Shown one piece after another: positions 41,210 through 49,998 of a stretch of DNA of 64,000 bases. The stretch is taken from NCBI GenBank assembly GCA_035623825.1, contig DASPSR010000052.1, forward strand, positions 10,699-74,698, given 5' to 3'. This stretch comes from Nitrospirota bacterium (GTDB lineage: Bacteria > Nitrospirota > UBA9217). Each line of letters starts with the position of its first letter. Positions within the stretch are counted from its first letter, which is position 1. A program made the position numbers and the translations under genes. Below the pieces are notes generated by a model. The model saw only the letters and a list, made by a program, of their open reading frames with translations, did not search any database and was not told where the DNA came from.

Positions 41210-42367
41210 ATGACAATACGTAAAACATTGTTCTGGCTGCTGATCGGGTCTCTTGCTGTCTTAACATCCGCGGTTCTTTTGTACTCGTGCTCTGGGGGGG
41301 GCGGGGGCAGCGCCGGTGGAACTCCGTTCGGCGCGGTGGGAGTCTATCTAACTAACGATACGCTGTCTACTCAGGATACGGGGACTGATACGTCATCGAT
41401 CTCTCAGCTTACCGATACCATCATGTCTCTGTTTTCTCAGGTTACCGGGACAATCGAAAAAGTTCAATTGATCAGCACGGGCACGGGAACGACCTGCGAT
41501 GTGTTAAACGGACCGACAGCTGTGAATATCGCTGACCTTGCCAATGTGTTGCAACTGGTCAATGTAACGCAGTGTCCCGCTGGACCGTATAACCGTATCC
41601 ACATCGAATTCGACAAGAGCGTGGATCTGATGAGCGCACCGACCGGAACGCCAGTGTCCTGTTCCTTTGTCTCCTATAAAGACGAAGGGAATCATGACAA
41701 GCCGAATGTCCTTCAGTGCGATCCCGCCAGCAATATCTGCACGCTGGATATCAACGGTGCGGTGAACGTGCTTGCCAATCAGCAGAACAAGCTGGCACTC
41801 GATTTCAATCTGAAGGACTTTGATGTGTTTTTCGGCGAATCGGGCTGCGCTGTGACGATGAAGGTCTCGCCCCTCTATACCGAGGAGATCGAAGCGCGCA
41901 GGCATCCGGAAGCGGTCACGGGGATCGTATCTCAGCTCAGCACGACGAACCAGACATTTGATCTTACAGATAGGCATAGGACCTACAACGTTCTGTATTC
42001 GGGGATAACGACGACCGATCAGCCAGGGATTAACAGCCTTCTCCAGCGCGCACAGGACGACCAATTGAAGGCAAAGGTCAAGTCCTCCAGCGTCGATTTC
42101 ATGAACAACATGATCGACGCATCGGCCATCCTGGTGAAGGTTGAAGGTACGGTCTCGAATCTCGTGTCCAACGCCACCTTTTCCTTAAACTATGGTCCGG
42201 GAGGAACTAAAAACATCAATGTCGACTACAGCAAGGCGACCGTAGAAGGCACAGTGACCAACGGATCATGGGTTGATGTGAAGTTATATGGTTACTCCTC
42301 CGCGAGCAACGATTTCCTCGCTAACCAGGTAGAAGTGGAGTGCGACGGAACGACGACGGAAGACTGA
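41210..42367 (+). CDS. lipoprotein, DUF4382/DUF5666-like beta-rich domains
   Basis: GGAGG RBS, lipobox LYSC plus Gly linker, VYLTND, LALDFNL, VKVEG...V.G.V repeats. Confidence 0.65.
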   Translation: MTIRKTLFWLLIGSLAVLTSAVLLYSCSGGGGGSAGGTPFGAVGVYLTNDTLSTQDTGTDTSSISQLTDTIMSLFSQVTGTIEKVQLISTGTGTTCDVLNGPTAVNIADLANVLQLVNVTQCPAGPYNRIHIEFDKSVDLMSAPTGTPVSCSFVSYKDEGNHDKPNVLQCDPASNICTLDINGAVNVLANQQNKLALDFNLKDFDVFFGESGCAVTMKVSPLYTEEIEARRHPEAVTGIVSQLSTTNQTFDLTDRHRTYNVLYSGITTTDQPGINSLLQRAQDDQLKAKVKSSSVDFMNNMIDASAILVKVEGTVSNLVSNATFSLNYGPGGTKNINVDYSKATVEGTVTNGSWVDVKLYGYSSASNDFLANQVEVECDGTTTED

Positions 42368-42407
42368 CCGCGGCGCGAAGCCCGAATTCTACGATGGCAG
42401 AGGCATC

Positions 42408-42437
42408 GAGGGGAGCAGAAGCTCCCCTCTTTTTTTT
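42408..42437 (+). terminator. intrinsic terminator
   Basis: GAGGGGAGC-AGAA-GCTCCCCTC followed by a T run. Confidence 0.85.
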
Positions 42438-42785
42438 GTTCTCGTGCTCGGCTCTTGCATGAGGATGCGGTTACAGAACTACAATCTGCAAAAAAGAATG
42501 CTGCCTTCACGAACTCTTCCGACCCCCGCATCATCCTGAATAGGGTAGCGCTGTGCATATTTCTCTTTCTTCGAGAGTATTCCAAGAGGAACCTTCCCAT
42601 TGCACCGTGGTGGACATAAATATGCTATAATAAAATAGAAACGCGATCGATAATTGAGGATGATCGCTGTCCCGATTTATGCGTGCCGGATCGATGGAGA
42701 TAACAAGCGCGAACCATGAATTGAGAAGAGGAAAGTCTACATCTAGCATGTGTGATGTTCCATTAACGTTAAGAAGGAGGGCGAG

Positions 42786-43271
42786 ATGGATGCTCTAGAG
42801 ATAGCGATGAAGATGGAAAAAGACGCAATTACATTCTACAGCGAGGCGGCACGGAAAACGAAATATCCGGCGGGGAAAAAGATGTTCGATACGATCAGTC
42901 AGGACGAGAAGAGGCACTTGGAGATGATCTCAGAAATAATAAAGGGGCTTAATGTCACGCACAAGGACGTGAGCCCCATGAAGAATGTGAGAACCGTCTT
43001 CGAGTCCATGAAGAAGGAGATGATGAAGAAGGTCGAGGCATCCGCCGATGAGCTTGAGGCTTTCAAGATCGCCATGAGGATGGAGCAGGAGGGGATGGAG
43101 TTCTATAAGAAGACTCTTGCCGGAGCCAAAAAAGAGAAGGAAAGGACACTGCTGGAGAGGCTTATTAAAGAGGAGGAGCAGCATTACGCCATCTTCGCGA
43201 ATACTTATCAGTTCCTCGCTGACACCGGAAACTGGTTCCTCTGGGAAGAGCGCGGAATTGTCGAGGGCTGA
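42786..43271 (+). CDS. ferritin-like/rubrerythrin-family protein
   Basis: Duplicated AMKME...FY...DEKRH / AMRME...FY...EEEQH pattern. Confidence 0.88.
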   Translation: MDALEIAMKMEKDAITFYSEAARKTKYPAGKKMFDTISQDEKRHLEMISEIIKGLNVTHKDVSPMKNVRTVFESMKKEMMKKVEASADELEAFKIAMRMEQEGMEFYKKTLAGAKKEKERTLLERLIKEEEQHYAIFANTYQFLADTGNWFLWEERGIVEG

Positions 43272-43389
43272 GTGACGCCTGGATTGCAGAATGCGGATTG
43301 TAAATCACAAAAAACATCGGGGAAGGGAATTTGCGAGCCGACAACCCGGGGTCGGGAATCCCCCATTCTGCATGAGGCAAGGAGGAGCA

Positions 43390-43662
43390 ATGTATACGAT
43401 TGTTGCCTTAAAGGATAAGATTCAGGAAATGTATCCCGAGATCAGGGAGCATAGTCTCTCGATGGGGCTTGACTTTGATGTACAAAAGAACGCCTACATC
43501 ATCACATTTAAGCGGGGCACGGAAGAACTCACTACGCATCTTGAGAAGAAAGACGCTGATGAGTGCATGAATGGCATCAAGTGTGTATACCTCGGGGTCC
43601 AGGTCGAGCAGTTCATCAAAAACTTCGAGGAAAGGAAGGCTTTTGGTAGGAAGGTGGCATGA
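43390..43662 (+). CDS. hypothetical protein with a CxxGxxC motif
   Basis: GGAGG RBS; 90-aa ORF containing DADECMNGIKCVYLGVQ. Confidence 0.7.
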   Translation: MYTIVALKDKIQEMYPEIREHSLSMGLDFDVQKNAYIITFKRGTEELTTHLEKKDADECMNGIKCVYLGVQVEQFIKNFEERKAFGRKVA

Positions 43663-43789
43663 ACTGCCATGCGGCCATGAAGCCGGGAGACTGCCATCAT
43701 GTGCTCCCGCGGCGCCAGGTTCTGCCGTCGCTGTTGAGCTTGTAAGGAAACAGAAAGGGGTTTGAACCGGTTCCTCTCGTCATGAACAA

Positions 43790-43820
43790 CAAGAAAGCCT
43801 GGGAAGGTCTTCCCAGGCTC
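43790..43820 (-). terminator. intrinsic terminator after the precursor peptide
   Basis: Minus strand GCCTGGGAA-GACC-TTCCCAGGC followed by TTTCTT. Confidence 0.7.
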
Positions 43821-43856
43821 TCGCGTTTTTGAAGTGATGCCGCGCTCAAGGATTGC

Positions 43857-43919
43857 TCAGCAGGAGCTTTTGCACTTGCACGTTGTTGCCATTTTCTTCG
43901 AAACCTTCCTGATCGTCAT
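43857..43919 (-). CDS. putative RiPP precursor peptide MTIRKVSKKMATTCKCKSSC (20 aa)
   Basis: Strong AAAGGAGGT RBS; 68 bp downstream of, and co-oriented with, an rSAM/SPASM gene; basic leader plus CxCxxxC core; terminator follows. Confidence 0.8.
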   Translation of the reverse strand: MTIRKVSKKMATTCKCKSSC

Positions 43920-43987
43920 AAGACACCTCCTTTCCAAAGCTATTCCTTCAGTCCGATATGATTTTTTCATCATCTACTGTCAAAAAG

Positions 43988-45130
43988 TCATGCTTTATCG
44001 TTTATTATACCATAAAGAGCGCATCTGTACGGATCTCTCCCGCGGGGTCCTTCAATCAGCTCGGCCCGGTAACGGCATCCTCCCCGGCAGGCTTCGATGA
44101 ACTCGCAATCGCATGCCAGATCTTTGAGCAGAACGGGCTGGATCCTCTGCCAGGATGACCGGAGCCCCTGGTCAACTGTTCCTGCGGTGCGGTCCCCGTA
44201 AAACGTACATTTTGCAACATTCCCGTTCGCCATCACGGACACCAGGTGCAAGCCGCATGCGTACCCCGTTCCTGATGCGTGGACGCCGCCGCCGTAACCG
44301 TATCCAAGGTATCTCCCTCCCTCTTCCGGATTTACCCAGAATTCAGCGTTTTCCCTTAGTCTCCCCGAGGCGCAGGGAACATCAACGGTCCACTCCTTGA
44401 TACCCAATCGTTTAAACAAATGCTCCATCTCGTCGAAATCACGGAGATTCCTTTGGTGAACCATAGTAGATATCGAAACATTAAAGCCCGAGTCCAAGGA
44501 GTTTTTCACGGCATCCAGGGCGCATCGGTACGTCCCATTGCCCCGTAGCGCATCGTGGGCCGCTTCGAGCCCGTCGATACTGACCTGTATCTCGTCGACC
44601 TTAAGCATTTTGAGGATTTCTTTCCGCAGGAGCATGCCGTTCGTGAACAGTGCTTTTCTGATTGAATAGTCTGGGAGCACTTCATTTATAGCCTCGAAGT
44701 TTCCATGGAGCAGCGGCTCCCCTCCCGTAATCATCACCCTCAGGCCCTGCATATCTTCAAATTCACTCAGGACATTCCGGATTTGCGTGAGAGAAAGCTC
44801 ATGGGAGGCGCCATCACCTATATAGCAGTGTCTGCACCGGAGATTGCATGCGTTCGTGATCTGGAGCTCGAGATACCGAAGGGAGGGTACAGGTGCTTGT
44901 ATCAGGAGAGGCCTTTTTACAGTCACCTGTTCAGTCGTAAGCAGCCCCTCTTCAACACAGTAATCGATGAATGCGCTGTCCTTCGATGCGCACCCACTTT
45001 TCGAGGCGCAGCTTTTCATAAAGCTGAACGAATCGGCATCGAGTTCATAGAGCTCATCCTTCGCCATGTGATATATCGAGGGCGTTTCGAGCCATTTCAG
45101 AACGGCCTTCCGCGCCAGATAATAATTCAT
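43988..45130 (-). CDS. radical SAM/SPASM peptide maturase with a probable N-terminal RRE
   Basis: CNLRCRHC, TGGEPL, SIDG...HDALRG; SPASM-type C..C..CDC-x5-CRGGC..C; ~80-aa N-terminal extension ending EEGLL. Confidence 0.9.
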   Translation of the reverse strand: MNYYLARKAVLKWLETPSIYHMAKDELYELDADSFSFMKSCASKSGCASKDSAFIDYCVEEGLLTTEQVTVKRPLLIQAPVPSLRYLELQITNACNLRCRHCYIGDGASHELSLTQIRNVLSEFEDMQGLRVMITGGEPLLHGNFEAINEVLPDYSIRKALFTNGMLLRKEILKMLKVDEIQVSIDGLEAAHDALRGNGTYRCALDAVKNSLDSGFNVSISTMVHQRNLRDFDEMEHLFKRLGIKEWTVDVPCASGRLRENAEFWVNPEEGGRYLGYGYGGGVHASGTGYACGLHLVSVMANGNVAKCTFYGDRTAGTVDQGLRSSWQRIQPVLLKDLACDCEFIEACRGGCRYRAELIEGPRGRDPYRCALYGIINDKA

Positions 45131-45177
45131 GCCTTTTATTATAGCACCGCGTCCTGATTTTTTGTTATAATGAACCC

Positions 45178-45507
45178 ATGAAAAAGAAAGCTCCCCTCAT
45201 TAAAACGCTTTGTTTAAAATATTGCTCATACTTCAAGCCGGACAAGAACGAAAAGCTCGCCTGTAGAGGCTATCATGTTGTGGAACGATTAATGCAGGCG
45301 GGCACGTCTGTCACCTTGGGAAAAACTGGAATTTCCGCCGATACAAAGGTCACGGGTCAGCTGGTCCAAGCCCTCTGCAGCGCCTGTCCCTTTCATGAGC
45401 ACGACTGCGATTTCTTCCACGACCTGGTATCGAACCCCTGCGGCGGATTCATGCTACTGTCGCAGCTTCTCGGATCGGGGCGAATCACGATTGACGAGAT
45501 AAAATAA
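45178..45507 (+). CDS. Cys-rich (7 Cys) hypothetical metal/Fe-S-binding protein
   Basis: CLKYC..ACRG and CSACPF..DCDF..PCGG; divergent from the rSAM gene. Confidence 0.7.
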   Translation: MKKKAPLIKTLCLKYCSYFKPDKNEKLACRGYHVVERLMQAGTSVTLGKTGISADTKVTGQLVQALCSACPFHEHDCDFFHDLVSNPCGGFMLLSQLLGSGRITIDEIK

Positions 45508-45653
45508 AAAATGCTTCGCTAAACGTGCAGAGAATGCAGCCTTAAAGGCCGCGGCTCTCGATCAGCTGGCATGTTATATTCGCGGTATACGGCTCCGCAG
45601 GCCCAAACGCGCTCCAGCCTGCCGCGTCAATGACGTTCAATTAAGAGGCAGTC

Positions 45654-47384
45654 ATGGACTACACCATCAAAATCGGCGGTGAGGCGGGGCAGGGTATTCA
45701 GACCATCGGCGATACCCTCGCGCGCGTCTTCTCGCGCACGGGCTGCCATGTGTTCAGCCATCAGGACTACGAGTCACGCATCCGCGGAGGCCACAATTTT
45801 TACCAGATCAGGCTTTCGAACAAACCGATATCCTCCTCGAGGGACAGGATTGACATTATCGTGGCGCTAGACCAGGAGAGCATCAAGCGCCATGAGCGCG
45901 AGATCACAGAACGCGGCCGGATCATCTACGACGCATCGACACTCAAGATGAAATACGACAAGCAGCCCTTTCTCGACATCCCCTTTGCTGACCTCGCCAT
46001 GCAGACCGGAGGGAGCCGGATCATGGCGAACACGGTCGCCACGGGGGCTGTGCTCGGCATGCTCGGGATGGATCTCTCACCCTTCCTCGACATCATAAGC
46101 GAGACCTTCCGAAAAAAAGGCGACGACGTTATCATCGCGAACAAGAACGCTGCGCTCGCGGGATACGATTATGCGATTAAAAATTGCACACGGTGCCCGT
46201 TCTCAGTCGTTGCCGATGCTTCTGCCCGGCCGAAGATGCTCATCGGGGGCGTCGAGGCCATCGGGCTCGGCGCAGTCGCATCGGGATGTAAGTTCTATTC
46301 CGCATACCCCATGACGCCGTCAACGGGGATTATGAACTACCTCGCGACAAAAGAGAAGGAGAACGGCATTGTGGTTGAGCAGGCGGAGGACGAGATCGCT
46401 GCGATCAACATGTCACTCGGAGCATCATTTGCGGGCGTGCGGTCGATGACCGGAACGTCGGGCGGCGGTTTTGCGCTCATGGTCGAAGGACTTTCGCTCG
46501 CGGCAATGACCGAGACGCCGATCGTGATTGCGCTAGGGCAGCGACCGGGGCCTGCCACGGGATTTCCCACGAGGACCGAGCAGGGCGAGCTTCAGTTCGT
46601 GCTCTCCGCTGGACATGGTGAGTTCCCCCGCGCGGTTTTCTCCCCGGGGACGCCTCGGCAAGCGATCTACCTCACAAACAAGGCCTTCGACCTGGCGGAG
46701 AGATATCAGATCCCGACCTTCATCCTTTTCGACACCTACCTCGCCGATTCCCAGTGGACCTTCGACGGTATCGACGTGAGCAGGCTAAGGTATGTCGATT
46801 ACCGGCTACGGGGTGATGCGTTCAGGCAGGTTGCGGAGTACAGGCGCCATGCCTTTACCGGGAGCGGGGTTTCGCCCTTCGGCGTGCCAGGAGACGCCGA
46901 ACACCTTGTGGTCACCGACAGCGATGAGCACGATGAAGAGGGCCATATCGTGGAAGACGCGACCACGCGGGTGAAGATGGTGCAGAAGCGGCTGCTCAAG
47001 AAGCTCTCGTTGATCAGGGGGGAAATCGCCCCGCCTTTCGTCTACGGCGACCATAGGCCCGCCATCGTGATTGCGGGCTGGGGTTCGACGTACGGCGTCA
47101 TGAAAGAGGCGGTGGACGAGCTTTCGAAATCCCAGCGCATTGCCATGCTTCACTTCAGTGAACTTTTCCCTTTTCCGCAAAGGGAGCGGTTCGACTATGT
47201 TCAGCTCCTGCAGAATGCGAAACACACGATGTGCATAGAAAACAATGCAACGGGTCAGTTTAGCCGGCTCATGAGGGCTGAGACAGGATACGAGTTCACA
47301 CGACACATACGCAAATTCGACGGCAGGCCGTTCACGCTCGAGACGCTGGCAGGAGAGATCAATGGTTACCTTAGAAAGCTATAG
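45654..47384 (+). CDS. korA: 2-oxoacid:ferredoxin oxidoreductase alpha (gamma-alpha fusion) subunit
   Basis: GGEAGQGI, YESRIRGGHN, AYPMTPST, QRPGPATGFPT. Confidence 0.9.
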   Translation: MDYTIKIGGEAGQGIQTIGDTLARVFSRTGCHVFSHQDYESRIRGGHNFYQIRLSNKPISSSRDRIDIIVALDQESIKRHEREITERGRIIYDASTLKMKYDKQPFLDIPFADLAMQTGGSRIMANTVATGAVLGMLGMDLSPFLDIISETFRKKGDDVIIANKNAALAGYDYAIKNCTRCPFSVVADASARPKMLIGGVEAIGLGAVASGCKFYSAYPMTPSTGIMNYLATKEKENGIVVEQAEDEIAAINMSLGASFAGVRSMTGTSGGGFALMVEGLSLAAMTETPIVIALGQRPGPATGFPTRTEQGELQFVLSAGHGEFPRAVFSPGTPRQAIYLTNKAFDLAERYQIPTFILFDTYLADSQWTFDGIDVSRLRYVDYRLRGDAFRQVAEYRRHAFTGSGVSPFGVPGDAEHLVVTDSDEHDEEGHIVEDATTRVKMVQKRLLKKLSLIRGEIAPPFVYGDHRPAIVIAGWGSTYGVMKEAVDELSKSQRIAMLHFSELFPFPQRERFDYVQLLQNAKHTMCIENNATGQFSRLMRAETGYEFTRHIRKFDGRPFTLETLAGEINGYLRKL

Positions 47385-48213
47385 AGGGCAGGTCCCGGCG
47401 TGGTGCCCGGGGTGCGGAAACTTTCCGATCCTCAGCGCCTTCAAGGATGTAATGGTCGAGCTGGGCATGGAGCCCCACCAGTTCACCGTGGTATCGGGCA
47501 TTGGCCAGGCAGCGAAACTCCCTCATTATACCAGATGCAACACCTTTAACGGACTTCACGGAAGAACGCTGCCGGTGGCCACCGGAATCAGACTTGCGAA
47601 CCACAAGATGCCGGTGATCGTCGTGACCGGCGACGGCGATTGCTACGGCGAGGGGGGCAACCATCTCATGGCCGCTATGCGAAGAAACATCAACGTGAAG
47701 CTCTTCGTGCATGACAACCAGATCTACGGCCTGACCAAGGGGCAGCCTTCCCCCACCACCGGCGAGGGCATGGTGACCAAGAACATGCCCTACGGAGTCA
47801 TCTCAGAGCAGTTCAATCCCATGGTGCTCGCTGTAGCACTCGATTGCAGCTTCGCCGCCCGGGGGTTCGCTGCCGACACGGACCATCTCAAATCCCTCAT
47901 GAAAGCGGCAATCAAGCACAATGGCTTCGCCATCGTCGACATCCTCCAGCCCTGCGTGACGTACAATAAGGTGAACACCTACGAATGGTATCGTCAGCGA
48001 GTATATCATATCGGGCCGGACCATGACCCTGAGGACCGGAAGGCAGCGTTCAGCAAAGCGACCGAATGGGGCGATCGGATCCCGATCGGCATCATATACC
48101 GCAACAGCCGTCCGACGTTCGAGGAGCAGGTACCAATGATCGCCGGCAATCCGCTTGTGCACCAGGCCTTCGATGTAACGAAGATTCAAGAGGCGATCAA
48201 GGAATTTTATTAA
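47362..48213 (+). CDS. korB: 2-oxoacid:ferredoxin oxidoreductase beta subunit
   Basis: WCPGCGN, GDGD TPP motif, YGLTKGQPSPT. Confidence 0.9.
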   Translation: MVTLESYRGQVPAWCPGCGNFPILSAFKDVMVELGMEPHQFTVVSGIGQAAKLPHYTRCNTFNGLHGRTLPVATGIRLANHKMPVIVVTGDGDCYGEGGNHLMAAMRRNINVKLFVHDNQIYGLTKGQPSPTTGEGMVTKNMPYGVISEQFNPMVLAVALDCSFAARGFAADTDHLKSLMKAAIKHNGFAIVDILQPCVTYNKVNTYEWYRQRVYHIGPDHDPEDRKAAFSKATEWGDRIPIGIIYRNSRPTFEEQVPMIAGNPLVHQAFDVTKIQEAIKEFY

Positions 48214-48438
48214 GGGCGGCCACGTCCGGGTTCTCCAAAATACGGACCGAGAATAGCCGGTCTTCCTCTAGAGACACAGGTTTGCCGCCTGGGAGAAAGA
48301 AGAAGAGAATATCAATGTCCTCACCCCGATCAGAGCAAATGACACTTTCTTGAACCAGGGCAGGCCGCAGTCGAAGACTCCGTCACTCTTTCCCGTCGTT
48401 TGTAGTGACCGGATCAATTACTGCGGACGAATCCCTCA

Positions 48439-49896
48439 TTAATATCTCATTCTCACTCGGTAGGTCAGTTTCACTTCCTTGTCCCGGGGCACGGGAATGT
48501 TGAACTCGGCAGTAAATGCCTCCGACTTCTTGAACTCATGGGATGAGCTCAGCATGGTCCATTCGCCGGGGATGGGTTCCACAACCTTCACTACCACATC
48601 CTCCTTTTTGTGGTTCCTGAGCGATATCTCGAATGCCGCTTCATAGGTGTCATAGGCGATCTTCTTCCAATCTGTCTGCTTTCTGCTGCCCACGACATCG
48701 AATGCATCGCCGATTTTTATCCTCACCTTCTCATCCTTGGGGGTGTGATCAATCCGGTCTTCGCCCGCGAACTGGAGGCTGCCCTCTTTGTCAGCCTTGT
48801 AGACCCGCACGGTGCCCTTGGGCAGCGGAATTCCGAGATTATGTTCTCTTCTGTTCTGAATCTCCACGAACACGCCGACCTTCTGGTTTGATATGACATC
48901 GCCGTAGCGGTCGTAATAGTAGTACTTGGCGCCAGAGTACAAAAGCTCTTTTTTGACGGGGATGTCGTTGGCTGCCACGAGGCTGATCTGCTTGGTCTGG
49001 TTGTCCTTGACCGTGGCAGGCCGATCGAGGGTATAGATGTGGTATTCCAAGAATGAGTCTTCTTTGAATTGCGGCGCATCGGCCTTTGCCGCCGCTTGGG
49101 CGATACGCATCATCTTGCTTCCATACTCCACTTCATCCTTCACCTGGTTGATATCTCCGGCAACAAGCTTGAGCTTCGCGTTCTTGTAGGTCGCACCGCT
49201 GTGATTGTCGATCGTCACCCATCCCGACAAATCCGCCTTGTCGTCTTTTTCATTCAGAATCACCACGTAATCGGAATGCCAATTGATCCCGCTTGTCAGA
49301 TATGAGGCCTCGATCTTCTGTGCCGAGGTCAGGCCGTTCTCAATCATCCAGACGAGAGTCGGTTTCGCGTTGAGGTCTTCCGGCACACCGGGGAAGACGA
49401 TCCGGCCGGGGTGGCCAAAAGTTATCTCGTCGCCGATCTTGAAGATCGGCTGGCCGTTGTTCGACAGCAGCGTAGCCGCGACGACTTCCTCCCGTTCGGT
49501 ATAGGGGTTCCTGATGTAGAGCTTCACCTCTTTTCCCACATACTTGTCGAGGAGTTTTTGCGGATTCAGCAGATCGTACTCGTAGTTCTGCTCGAGTACC
49601 CGCAGAGTCTCTGGATCTACGAGAGATTTGATCTGGACGCTTGTGGGGATGATTTGGGACGAAACGTCCATGAAACGCAGGCTGCCGGTGCCCTTGAAAA
49701 GCTTGATCCGGCGTTGATCCTTTACCAGGCCGATATTGGCGTTGTAGATCGTCAGCGCCACCCCTGCCTGATCATCCTGAGTGCTTGCCGCTACGCCATT
49801 CTTTGTTTCCTTGTTCTCTGCGTTTGAAACCGAACAAAAACAGATGCCTGCAAGAAAAAGAACCGGGAGAAACGTGATTAGATTTTTGACGCTCAT
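48439..49896 (-). CDS. secreted DUF4139-domain protein
   Basis: GGAGG RBS, signal peptide, ALTIYN, EQNYEYDL, YLTSGINW.SDY, PLPKGTVRVY. Confidence 0.85.
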   Translation of the reverse strand: MSVKNLITFLPVLFLAGICFCSVSNAENKETKNGVAASTQDDQAGVALTIYNANIGLVKDQRRIKLFKGTGSLRFMDVSSQIIPTSVQIKSLVDPETLRVLEQNYEYDLLNPQKLLDKYVGKEVKLYIRNPYTEREEVVAATLLSNNGQPIFKIGDEITFGHPGRIVFPGVPEDLNAKPTLVWMIENGLTSAQKIEASYLTSGINWHSDYVVILNEKDDKADLSGWVTIDNHSGATYKNAKLKLVAGDINQVKDEVEYGSKMMRIAQAAAKADAPQFKEDSFLEYHIYTLDRPATVKDNQTKQISLVAANDIPVKKELLYSGAKYYYYDRYGDVISNQKVGVFVEIQNRREHNLGIPLPKGTVRVYKADKEGSLQFAGEDRIDHTPKDEKVRIKIGDAFDVVGSRKQTDWKKIAYDTYEAAFEISLRNHKKEDVVVKVVEPIPGEWTMLSSSHEFKKSEAFTAEFNIPVPRDKEVKLTYRVRMRY

Positions 49897-49937
49897 GATC
49901 AACCTCCTCATGTCTTAAATGAACCGCTCTTGGTACA

Positions 49938-49966
49938 TTAGACAGGGGAGGTTGGGGAAAAGTTCC
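49938..49966 (-). promoter_or_regulatory. ECF sigma-type promoter (copy 2)
   Basis: Minus strand GGAAC-N18-GTCTAA upstream of the DUF4139 gene. Confidence 0.7.
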
Positions 49967-49998
49967 CGATGGAGCAGAATTCTGATGCCCCAGTAAAA

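Noticed and set aside
41210-41224. Lipoprotein N-terminus MTIRK identical to the RiPP precursor's first five residues
   Set aside because: A generic basic N-terminus with different codons; most likely coincidence.
43800-43859. Selenocysteine readthrough of the precursor peptide's TGA (…SSC-U)
   Set aside because: No convincing SECIS-like hairpin at the right distance, and readthrough would run through the terminator with no nearby stop.
43955-43983. Dedicated sigma70 promoter for the precursor peptide
   Set aside because: A perfect TTGACA is present on the minus strand, but the -10 at 17 bp (CATATC) is weak; left uncalled.
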